A stretch of DNA of 11,116 nt from contig JBGANF010000195.1 in assembly GCA_044222475.1 (NCBI GenBank), positions 1 to 11,116 of the forward strand, read 5' to 3'. Shown in pieces: positions 1-6,777 of this stretch. A program made the translations under genes and the position numbers. The stretch is from Polyangiaceae bacterium. GTDB taxonomy: Bacteria; Myxococcota_A; Polyangia; Polyangiales; Polyangiaceae. Numbering within the stretch: position 1 is the stretch's first letter; each line of letters starts with the position of its first letter. Under the pieces are notes generated by a model. That model was not told the origin of the DNA and searched no databases. It saw nothing but the letters and a program-made list of their open reading frames with translations.

Positions 1-108
1 CTGGCGGTCGCGATCGAGCGGGATCCCTCGGCGAAGGCGCGAGCGGTGACCGATGCGGACTTCGCGTCGGTCAAGGACGCGCCCTGGTTTCACTCGCTCA
101 CGGATTGA
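1..108 (+). CDS. 3' end of a probable TPR-containing protein (partial, runs off the left edge)
   Basis: Frame 1 reads LAVAIERDPSAKARAVTDADFASVKDAPWFHSLTD-stop (TGA 106-108). This resembles the L..AI..DP.....A..D.DF..L...P.F..L capping segment found at the end of many TPR proteins. Not in the ORF track because it has no start in the window. Confidence 0.65.
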   Translation: MAVAIERDPSAKARAVTDADFASVKDAPWFHSLTD

Positions 109-117
109 GGAGAGAAC

Positions 118-141
118 CGCCAGGGCGCCAGGGCGCCAGGG
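118..141. repeat. Tandem repeat (CGCCAGGG)x3 in a convergent intergenic gap
   Basis: Three exact 8-bp units at 118-125, 126-133 and 134-141, between stop codons ending at 108 (+) and 143 (-). Confidence 0.9.
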
Positions 142-142
142 G

Positions 143-928
143 TCAGAAGCACTGAAGGATGTGCCGCGCTTGGTCGAAGCGGAGCGCCTTCAGGTCGGCG
201 TCGCGGATGAAGATGTAGAGGCGCCCGGCGTCGCCCCACATGAAAGGTCGATCGTCCGACTCGATCTGAAGAAGCACATTCCACTCCGCGCTCCGGCGAA
301 GGAGACCAACGACGTCGACCCCTTCCGCCTCTCGAGCTTCGAGCTCTGGGAGCGTTTGAGGGAGCCCGCACGCGAGGAGCTGGAGCTGGGGTCGAGCCTC
401 GCCTTGGATCCACGCGGGCGCGCCACCCAACTGATGGACGTTTGCTTCGTCTCCGTCAGGATCGTACTCGAGAACGAGCGGACGAAACGGCACCGGATCG
501 TCCGCCTCCGAGTCCCGTGGGGCCGCAGTCGACGGGTCGTCGAGATAGACGAGGGAGAGCGACTCATGGTCACCGGCCTCGCCGCCCCACGGCTGTCGTT
601 GGACGTCGAAGAAGACGCCGAGAGCGCCGCTAGCGGGAAGATTCAACCGCTGCCCGTGTGCGCGATGGATCTGCGCGAAGTCGAGATGAGCGATGAATGT
701 CAGTGGTCCCGCTGGTCCCATCGGCCAAGCACGTTGCTCGGGTAAGATAGCCGGGCCGCCGAATCGAGTCTGGCGGAGCGTCACGGCGTCAAGCTCCGCC
801 CTTCCCGGTCGCAGGACGATGCGCGGACGAGGATCGTTCTTCGGATTGAACGATCGGTAGTCGATGCCGAGGAACTTCTTCTTCGTGAACGGATTGACGT
901 AGTCGCAGGTGAAGTCGCGGACCGGCAC
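143..928 (-). CDS. YwqG / DUF1963 family protein
   Basis: Typical motifs: TRFGGPAILP...WP, PLTFIAHLDF, LPASGALGVFFD, HQLGGAPAWIQ, LLQIESDD, FMWGDAGRLYIFI...DL....F......QC. GTG start lies 4 bp after the stop of the SCP2-like gene. Confidence 0.85.
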   Translation of the reverse strand: MPVRDFTCDYVNPFTKKKFLGIDYRSFNPKNDPRPRIVLRPGRAELDAVTLRQTRFGGPAILPEQRAWPMGPAGPLTFIAHLDFAQIHRAHGQRLNLPASGALGVFFDVQRQPWGGEAGDHESLSLVYLDDPSTAAPRDSEADDPVPFRPLVLEYDPDGDEANVHQLGGAPAWIQGEARPQLQLLACGLPQTLPELEAREAEGVDVVGLLRRSAEWNVLLQIESDDRPFMWGDAGRLYIFIRDADLKALRFDQARHILQCF

Positions 929-932
929 CCGA

Positions 933-1274
933 CTACTCGTCTCGGAACTTCGAGTCGACCATCGCCGTCGTCTCGACCAGCTCTCGCGACGAGTTCACGT
1001 ACTTGATCATCGTCGGCATGTGACCCTTCGTGAGCTTGAGCTTGTTCTGCATCATGCCCTTGATCGGATCGAGCTCCTTCTTCAGCACCGTCTTCCAGCG
1101 CGCATAGTCGGCAACGATGACGAAGGGCGCCTTCTCGGCCTCCTCGAGCGAGCAGATGTGGCAGTCCTTGCAGACGCCGCGATCGATCTTGCCGGCCTCT
1201 TTGTACTTCGGGTTGGCGTTGATGGCGTCTTGGTAGGCCTTGGCCCACTCGGCGGAAGGAAACAGGTGCGACAT
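933..1274 (-). CDS. SCP2 sterol/lipid-binding domain-like protein, apparently with an internal in-frame deletion
   Basis: FPSAEWAKAYQDAIN N-terminus and FVIVADYARWKTVLKKELDPIKGMMQNKLKL core match small SCP2-family proteins. ATG at 1274 is preceded by the SD-like GAGGCGAGG, so it is preferred over 1292. Confidence 0.8.
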   Translation of the reverse strand: MSHLFPSAEWAKAYQDAINANPKYKEAGKIDRGVCKDCHICSLEEAEKAPFVIVADYARWKTVLKKELDPIKGMMQNKLKLTKGHMPTMIKYVNSSRELVETTAMVDSKFRDE

Positions 1275-1338
1275 GAGCCTCGCCTCTATCATGAACCCGG
1301 ACGCACAGGAATCCTTGCGCTACCATCCTGGGCCGGCG

Positions 1339-2679
1339 ATGAGCACGCGCGAGCGCACCGAAAAGCGAGTCGTCGGGAAGGACAACCCTCAGCTCGAGAG
1401 CATCCTCGAGTTCGTCGCCTTCGCGGCGAAGCCGATGCCCCTGCTGACGCTCCTCGACGAGGCGCCGATGCGCATCGCGTCGATCCTCGCCTCCGACGTG
1501 TGCTCGGTCTACGTCCTCGAAGGCGAAGGCCAGCTCGTCATGCGCGGCAACATCGGGTTTCCCCGCAGCGCGCTCGGCCACGTGCGCCTGGCCGTCGGGG
1601 AAGGCCTCACCGGCGAGGCCGTCGAATACATGCGCCCGGTCGCGGCGGAGCTCGCCAAGAGCCATGCATCCTACAAGCATTTCGAGGCCCTCGGCGAAGA
1701 GCGCTTTCCCGCGTTCCTGGCCGTCCCGATGCGCGGGAAGTCCGGCCCCGTAGGCGCAGTCGTCGTGCAGCGGAAGCAGCGAGCCTTCTCGGACAAGGAG
1801 ATCGAGCTCGTCGTCCTCCTGGGCGCGCTCATCGCGTCGTGGATTCGGACCGCGGAGCTCCTCGACTCCCACCGCGAGCGCATGCCGGTGCGCAAAGCCG
1901 GCGGCGGCACGCGTCGCATCACCCTGCCCGCGCGCCCGGTCGTCCCCGGCCGCGCGCTCGGCGCCATCGCGGCGATCCGCCGTCCCCCTCAGCGACCGAG
2001 CAACGCACCGCCCCCGTCGACGCGCGACGTGAACGCGCGGAGCGACGTGAAGCTCATCCACGCCGCCTTCGACGTCGCCGAGAAGGCTATCCGCGGCTTG
2101 CAGCAACGGGCGAAGCAGCTCGAGATCGGCGAGCCCGCGCGCTTCCTGTCGACCTACATCGAGATCGTCGGCGATGCGCGCTTCCAGGAGCGCGTCGAGG
2201 AGCTCGTCGAATCGGGGCGATCGATCCCGCAGTCGCTCTCCGAGGTAGCCCGCGAGGTCACCCGCGCCGCCGTCCACCTCACGCGCGATCCGTTCATGGA
2301 AGAGCGCGCGAAGGACATCGAGGATCTCTGCGATGCGCTGAGCATGCTCGCCGCGAGCGACAAGCGCGCCGAGCTTCCTCAGAAGGCGGTGCTCGTCGGT
2401 GATCACCTCTCGGTGTTCGACCTGCTCGTCTCGTCGCGCGCGCGGCCGGTCGGCGTCGCGCTCTCGGAGCGTGCCGCCGGGCCCCGCACGGCGACGCTGC
2501 TCGAGCTCCTCGGCGTCCCCGCCATCGCCGACGTCGGGGGCCTCTTCCGTTGGGCGTCGGACGGCGACATCGCCCTGGTCGACGCCGACCACGGCCTCTT
2601 CGTCATCAATCCGTCGAAGGCGGAAATGGCGTCCCTGCGTGAACACCGGCGACAGGCGGAACGCAAAGAAGAGGAGTGA
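1339..2679 (+). CDS. GAF domain + PTS Enzyme I N-terminal (helical and His-swivel) domains; truncated PtsP/EI-Ntr-like protein
   Basis: GAF segment (DVCSVYVL, VRLAVGEGLTG, YKHFEALGEERFPAFLAVP, VGAVVVQR), EI helical domain (DPFMEERAKDIEDL), and swivel domain (VLVGDHLS, LGVPAI, DGDIALVDADHGLFVINP), then a stop. ATG 1339 chosen because earlier starts overlap or crowd the divergent gene, and a TACCAT -10-like hexamer lies at 1321-1326. Confidence 0.85.
   Translation: MSTRERTEKRVVGKDNPQLESILEFVAFAAKPMPLLTLLDEAPMRIASILASDVCSVYVLEGEGQLVMRGNIGFPRSALGHVRLAVGEGLTGEAVEYMRPVAAELAKSHASYKHFEALGEERFPAFLAVPMRGKSGPVGAVVVQRKQRAFSDKEIELVVLLGALIASWIRTAELLDSHRERMPVRKAGGGTRRITLPARPVVPGRALGAIAAIRRPPQRPSNAPPPSTRDVNARSDVKLIHAAFDVAEKAIRGLQQRAKQLEIGEPARFLSTYIEIVGDARFQERVEELVESGRSIPQSLSEVAREVTRAAVHLTRDPFMEERAKDIEDLCDALSMLAASDKRAELPQKAVLVGDHLSVFDLLVSSRARPVGVALSERAAGPRTATLLELLGVPAIADVGGLFRWASDGDIALVDADHGLFVINPSKAEMASLREHRRQAERKEEE
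2655..2677 (+). repeat. Direct repeat copy 1 (GGCGGAACGCAAAGAAGAGGAGT), the 3' end of the PtsP-like gene
   Basis: 22/23 identical to 3585-3607. Confidence 0.9.
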
Positions 2680-2682
2680 CCG

Positions 2683-3267
2683 TCAAGGCGGGCTGGCGTT
2701 CGCTTCGGCGAGAGCGCGCTCGAGGAGCTTCGTCAGATCGAGGAGGTCCGCCCACCGGCGGAGATACTCGCGATCGATGCGGGGGCCTTGGACACGGAGC
2801 ACGCCGACCACGTCGAGCCATTGCCGCTCGGATACGCCGTCGCCGAGTCGGTACCAATCCAGCTTCCGGAGGACGATGTCTTCGGCAGTGACGAGATCGA
2901 ACTCGCGCGTGCCGGGTTCCAGTGAGAGCCGGACTCCGCGCCCAAATGCCTCCCGGTCGTAGGTCCCGAAGCGATGGACGAAGACGTCGATCTTCGTGAC
3001 GGTCTCGAGGAAGATCAGGTTGAAGCTCGCCCGCCGCGCGATCGCGTCGCGGATCATCCCTTCGTCCACGTAGAACGAGTCCTTCAGCGCAGCGACGAAC
3101 GCGACGACGTGCTCGTTCTCGATGGCGCACTCGAGGTCGACGTCGATCGTCGATCGCGGCACACCGAGAGCGGAGCTCGCGACGGATCCGCCGATGCGGT
3201 ACGCGATGGAGAGTCGTTCGAGGGTCGCGACGAGCGGCTCGAGGGCGCGAACGACGTCGGAGCTCAC
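2683..3267 (-). CDS. Nucleotidyltransferase, AbiEii/MenT-like putative toxin
   Basis: IGGSVAS...G.PRSTIDVD NTase signature, KIDVF third acidic site, TAEDIVLRKL and ERQWLDV motifs. GTG start at 3267 overlaps the upstream stop as GTGA. Confidence 0.8.
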   Translation of the reverse strand: MSSDVVRALEPLVATLERLSIAYRIGGSVASSALGVPRSTIDVDLECAIENEHVVAFVAALKDSFYVDEGMIRDAIARRASFNLIFLETVTKIDVFVHRFGTYDREAFGRGVRLSLEPGTREFDLVTAEDIVLRKLDWYRLGDGVSERQWLDVVGVLRVQGPRIDREYLRRWADLLDLTKLLERALAEANASPP

Positions 3268-3506
3268 GGATGCTCGAGCCGAGCGCGCAGTCGATCGGCG
3301 ATCTCTTTGCCGTACCAGAGCTCCGCCCAACGCACGGAGAGCTCCCGGTCCGTCGTACCTCTGGGCATCGACTCGGCGAGCGCACGGCGTGACCGAGCGA
3401 CGACCTCGGCGCTCAGTCGCATCGCCATCGCGGCGCGGCCTTCCGGCCCGAGGCGGCGCAGAAGCTCGATCTGGACCGCGAGTGCGGACGGGTGGGTGTC
3501 ATCCAC
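3264..3506 (-). CDS. Small helical protein, putative antitoxin (MenA1/Rv0078B-like)
   Basis: 80 aa: DTHPSALAVQIELLRRLGPEGRAAMAMRLS...P....E......LWYG. This pattern is typical of small genes preceding such NTases. A 4-bp overlap couples it to the NTase. GTG 3506 chosen because the recognisable pattern begins there. Confidence 0.7.
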   Translation of the reverse strand: MDDTHPSALAVQIELLRRLGPEGRAAMAMRLSAEVVARSRRALAESMPRGTTDRELSVRWAELWYGKEIADRLRARLEHP

Positions 3507-3513
3507 GAGGCGA

Positions 3514-3519
3514 AGTCTA
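3514..3519 (-). promoter_or_regulatory. Putative -10 element (TAGACT) for the antitoxin-toxin pair
   Basis: TAnnnT hexamer 7 nt upstream of GTG 3506, with no SD in between. No convincing -35. Confidence 0.4.
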
Positions 3520-3584
3520 CTGCAAGCGCAGGAAAAGTACGCCTTCGGTGAACGCGCGGGAAGCTCGGCCTGGCAAGCGCCGCG

Positions 3585-3607
3585 GGCGGAACCCAAAGAA
3601 GAGGAGT
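3585..3607 (+). repeat. Direct repeat copy 2 (GGCGGAACCCAAAGAAGAGGAGT)
   Basis: 22/23 identical to 2655-2677, 930 bp apart. Also reads AExKEEE and ends in a stop (TAG). Confidence 0.9.
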
Positions 3608-3646
3608 AGCATCCAAGGATGACCAGCGGACGTGTGTCCGCTTCTC

Positions 3647-4285
3647 ATGCAGACCAGCGTGACGACGTCGCCCACCCCTCCGCCGCCCGATCCCGCCCTG
3701 ACCGACCTCACCGACGAGGGTGACGGCGATCGCCCCAGCATCACCGACGTCAACGGGACCGTCGCCCGCTTCGAGATGGCCTACAGCCCCGAAGCCGAGA
3801 CGATGCGCGTCCCGTTCGGCGCGCCGCTCTCCGCGCGCATCCCGGCGTACGTGTTCCTCGCGCTCGCGATCGGCGTCGTCGCGACCGTCGCGTTCGCCCA
3901 CGTGAGCTCGCCGGGATCGAAGCTCTTCATCTGGGTCGTCGAAGGCGATGCCGGGCGGCCGCTCCCGTCGACGGTCCTCGCGTTCGTCATTCTGGTGAGC
4001 GGCCTCGCGACCGCGCTGCGCTCGCACATGCGCGGCGTCGTCGTCCACAAGGACGGCATCGAAGCGCGCTACCTCCTGCCGCTCGGCGTGCCGCGCATCC
4101 GCAAGTGGGCGTGGCCGCAGATCCACCGCATCGTCCTCGACGACGAGGGCGTGATCCTCGAGCTGTGGGACGGCCAGTACGATCGACTGCCCGACGTCGC
4201 CAAAGGGCCGGAGCTCGCGAAGCTCCTCGAGGGGATGGGCGGCCGGCACGACGTGATGGTCACGCGGCTCAAGGCGCTGGACTAG
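3647..4285 (+). CDS. Membrane protein with two hydrophobic segments and a possible bacterial PH-like C-terminal domain
   Basis: Hydrophobic runs YVFLALAIGVVATVAFA and VLAFVILVSGLATAL, then a beta-rich GVVVHKDGIEAR...WAWPQIHRIVL segment. GC3-rich codons. Start uncertain (3632 GTG or 3647 ATG). Confidence 0.65.
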   Translation: MQTSVTTSPTPPPPDPALTDLTDEGDGDRPSITDVNGTVARFEMAYSPEAETMRVPFGAPLSARIPAYVFLALAIGVVATVAFAHVSSPGSKLFIWVVEGDAGRPLPSTVLAFVILVSGLATALRSHMRGVVVHKDGIEARYLLPLGVPRIRKWAWPQIHRIVLDDEGVILELWDGQYDRLPDVAKGPELAKLLEGMGGRHDVMVTRLKALD

Positions 4286-4312
4286 CACTCCCCTTCGGGC
4301 GAGCCTGATGGG

Positions 4313-5137
4313 ATGCGGGGCGCGTACGTCGTCGTCGGATCGGTGTGCGCCGCCTACCTCGCCGCGTGCCTCCTTCCGTCGCTCGACTCGCTGCGCGGCG
4401 GGACCGGAGCGAGCACGCCCGACGGAAGCGCCGGCGTCCCCGACGGTGCGATCGTCTACTACCCCTTCGAAGAGGGCACCGGCTCGACCACGGCCGACAA
4501 GTCGGGGCATGGGTTCAACGCGGTGCTCAGCAACGACGGCGTGGTGTGGACCACCGGCAAGTTGGGCAACGCGCTCGCGTTCAACCTCGACGCCGGCCCG
4601 GACGGAGGTGGCGGATCGGTGGACATCACCGGCAGCCAATCCCCGCCCCTGTCGGGGAACGCGAGCTTCAGCGTCACCGCGTGGATCTTCGCGACCGGGG
4701 CGCCGATCGACGATGCGCCGATCGTCTCCAACTTGAGCGGCGGCAGCGACGTCAAGGGCGGCTTCCAGCTCGACACCACCATCGACAAGGGACCGCGCAC
4801 TCTCGGGTTCAAGCTCCTGAGCCCGACGAACGACGCCGGCATCGGCGGGTTCCGATACGGCACGACGATCCTCACCCAGAACGAGTGGCATTTCGTCGCG
4901 GGCGTGTACGACGCCGCGGCAACGGCGATGCACGTGTACCTCGACGGCAAGCTCGACGACGGCGTCCTGCTCGGGCCCGTGCTCCCGGCGTTCGGCCCGC
5001 CGGTTCGTCGGATCTTCATCGGGAGACGCATCAGCGCGAGCGCGCGCGCGATCTTCATCGGAAAGATCGACGAGGTGCGCATCTTCGATCGCGCGCTCAG
5101 CGGCGACGAGATCACCGCGACGTTCACGGCGCGCTAG
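4313..5137 (+). CDS. LamG / concanavalin A-like jelly-roll domain lipoprotein
   Basis: Lipobox LAAC; YYPFEEGTGSTTADKSG, GKLGNALAF, FSVTAWI, WHFVAGVYD, VYLDG and FIGKIDEVRIFDRALS..EI are Laminin_G_3-type motifs. Confidence 0.9.
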   Translation: MRGAYVVVGSVCAAYLAACLLPSLDSLRGGTGASTPDGSAGVPDGAIVYYPFEEGTGSTTADKSGHGFNAVLSNDGVVWTTGKLGNALAFNLDAGPDGGGGSVDITGSQSPPLSGNASFSVTAWIFATGAPIDDAPIVSNLSGGSDVKGGFQLDTTIDKGPRTLGFKLLSPTNDAGIGGFRYGTTILTQNEWHFVAGVYDAAATAMHVYLDGKLDDGVLLGPVLPAFGPPVRRIFIGRRISASARAIFIGKIDEVRIFDRALSGDEITATFTAR

Positions 5138-5179
5138 TCGTTCCATCCCGCAGCGAAGCCCTATAGCCTCGTTCCCATC

Positions 5180-6487
5180 TTGGCCGACGAAGCGACGACG
5201 ATCGCCCATCTGCGCTACGACCCGTCACCGCTCCCCGAGGCGAGCTTCGTGATCCGAGTCGTCGCTGGCCCCGACGTCGGCAAGGACCTCCGAGTGACCG
5301 GTGCCGAACCGCAGCGGCTCCTCGTCGGTCACGGCGAGGCGAGCGATCTCTTGCTGACCGACGCGACGGTCTCGCGGCGGCATCTGGCGCTCGAGGTCGT
5401 CGGCGAACGCCTTCACGTCATCGACCTCGAAACCACGAACGGCACCGCACTCGGCAGCGTCGGCCTTCGCGACGCGCTCCTCGGTGGCGGCGAGACGCTC
5501 ACGATCGGCGCCACCCAGCTCCGCATCGAGCGCGAAGCCGCTCCTCCGCCGAACATCCCGCCCGCCGAGCGCTTCGGCGCGGTCCTCGGCTGGAGCCGCG
5601 AGATGCGCCGCCTTTATCCCCTCCTCGATCGGCTCGCCAAGACCGACGTCCCGGTGGTGATCGAAGGCGAGACGGGAACGGGAAAGGAGGCGATCGCCGA
5701 AGCCATCCACGAAGCGAGCGCCCGTGCGAAGGCACCGTTCTTGGTGTTCGACTGCACTGCAGTCGCGCCGACCGTCGTCGAGTCGGAGCTCTTCGGTCAC
5801 GAGAAGGGTGCGTTCACCGGCGCCGCGAGCGCGCGGAAAGGCATCTTCGAAGCAGCCGACGGCGGGACGCTGCTGATCGACGAGATCGGCGATCTCGATC
5901 CGATGCTTCAGCCCAAGCTCCTCCGTCTGATCGAGCGTGGTGAGTTTCGTCGCGTCGGCGGTACCCAGAGTCACCGCGCCAACGTGCGGATCCTTGCCGC
6001 CACGCGGCGCGATCTCGATCGCGCCGTCGCCGAAGGGAAGTTTCGCGACGACTTGTTTCATCGCCTCGCCGTCGGTCGCATCGAGCTACCTCCCCTGCGG
6101 ACGCGACGCGGTGACGTCTCGTTCCTCGCGCTTCATTTCGCCGATTCACTCGGCTCCCCGGGCGGCCTCCCCAAGTCGCTACTCGACCGCTGGGAGACGC
6201 GCTCTTGGCCGGGCAACGTGCGCGAGCTCCGAAACGCCGTGGCCCGCTACGTCGCGCTCGGTGAAGACCTCCCGTCACGGCCCACGAGCGCCGGCGGCGA
6301 CCTCGTCGATGCGGTCATCGCCGAGGGCCTCCCGTTCGCGCGCGCCCGAGATCGCGTCGTCGCCGAGCTCGAGCGTCGATACGTCGAGGCCATGCTGGCG
6401 AAGCACGGCGGGAACTCGGCGGCAGCGGCGGCGGCGAGCGGCATCGGGCGCCGCTACTTCGACATGATCCGCGCGCGAGCGAAGTAG
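5180..6487 (+). CDS. FHA-domain sigma54-dependent transcriptional activator (enhancer-binding protein)
   Basis: N-terminal FHA (VSRRH, TTNGT), Walker A GETGTGKE, ESELFGHEKGAFTGA, Walker B LLIDEIG, FRDDLFHRL, WPGNVRELRN, and a Fis-like HTH (HGGN..AAA.ASGIGRRYF). TTG start. Confidence 0.95.
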   Translation: MADEATTIAHLRYDPSPLPEASFVIRVVAGPDVGKDLRVTGAEPQRLLVGHGEASDLLLTDATVSRRHLALEVVGERLHVIDLETTNGTALGSVGLRDALLGGGETLTIGATQLRIEREAAPPPNIPPAERFGAVLGWSREMRRLYPLLDRLAKTDVPVVIEGETGTGKEAIAEAIHEASARAKAPFLVFDCTAVAPTVVESELFGHEKGAFTGAASARKGIFEAADGGTLLIDEIGDLDPMLQPKLLRLIERGEFRRVGGTQSHRANVRILAATRRDLDRAVAEGKFRDDLFHRLAVGRIELPPLRTRRGDVSFLALHFADSLGSPGGLPKSLLDRWETRSWPGNVRELRNAVARYVALGEDLPSRPTSAGGDLVDAVIAEGLPFARARDRVVAELERRYVEAMLAKHGGNSAAAAAASGIGRRYFDMIRARAK

Positions 6488-6488
6488 C

Positions 6489-6776
6489 TCAGCCGCCCTC
6501 TGCCGCGTCGCTCGCGTCGGTTGCACCGTCCGTCGCGGCGTCCGTCGGAGAGTCCGTCGCGACGTCTCTCGGAGCGTCGGGGCCGGCTTCGTTGGGAGAC
6601 ACTGCGCAGCGGTCGCACGCGCCGCGGTAGCAGCCCTCCGCCGCGCTGACGTAGACGACCTCGCAGCCGCAGTTGCACTGAACAGTGCCACCGCTCGTCG
6701 GAGCTGCGTCGGAGCCACACGCGGCGAAGACGACGGAAGACGCGAGCATCACGAAAAGGAAGACCAAGCGTTTCAT
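6489..6776 (-). CDS. Small Cys-rich lipoprotein, unknown function
   Basis: MKRLVFLFVMLASSVVFAAC signal II peptide; ATG 1 bp after the upstream stop; CNCGC...C....C..C core; acidic low-complexity tail. Confidence 0.75.
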   Translation of the reverse strand: MKRLVFLFVMLASSVVFAACGSDAAPTSGGTVQCNCGCEVVYVSAAEGCYRGACDRCAVSPNEAGPDAPRDVATDSPTDAATDGATDASDAAEGG

Positions 6777-6777
6777 T

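Noticed and set aside
1158..1172. CKDCH (CxxCH) heme c-binding motif in the SCP2-like protein
   Set aside because: The protein has no export signal, which c-type heme attachment requires, and the context is an SCP2-like fold. Probably coincidental, though a metal site cannot be excluded.
2655..3607. Direct repeats or the 8649-8687 palindromes as a CRISPR array or IS ends
   Set aside because: There are only two copies, the spacing is wrong, and no cas or transposase gene or terminal inverted repeats are present.
3619..3723. 34-codon ORF after a TAGCAT hexamer and AAGG
   Set aside because: It overlaps the 3647 gene out of frame, has a shadow-like composition and has no other support.
4288..4303. 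Small hairpin CTCCCC-TTCG-GGCGAG after the membrane protein gene
   Set aside because: The stem is short with a mismatch and there is no U-tract, so it is too weak to call a terminator or REP element.
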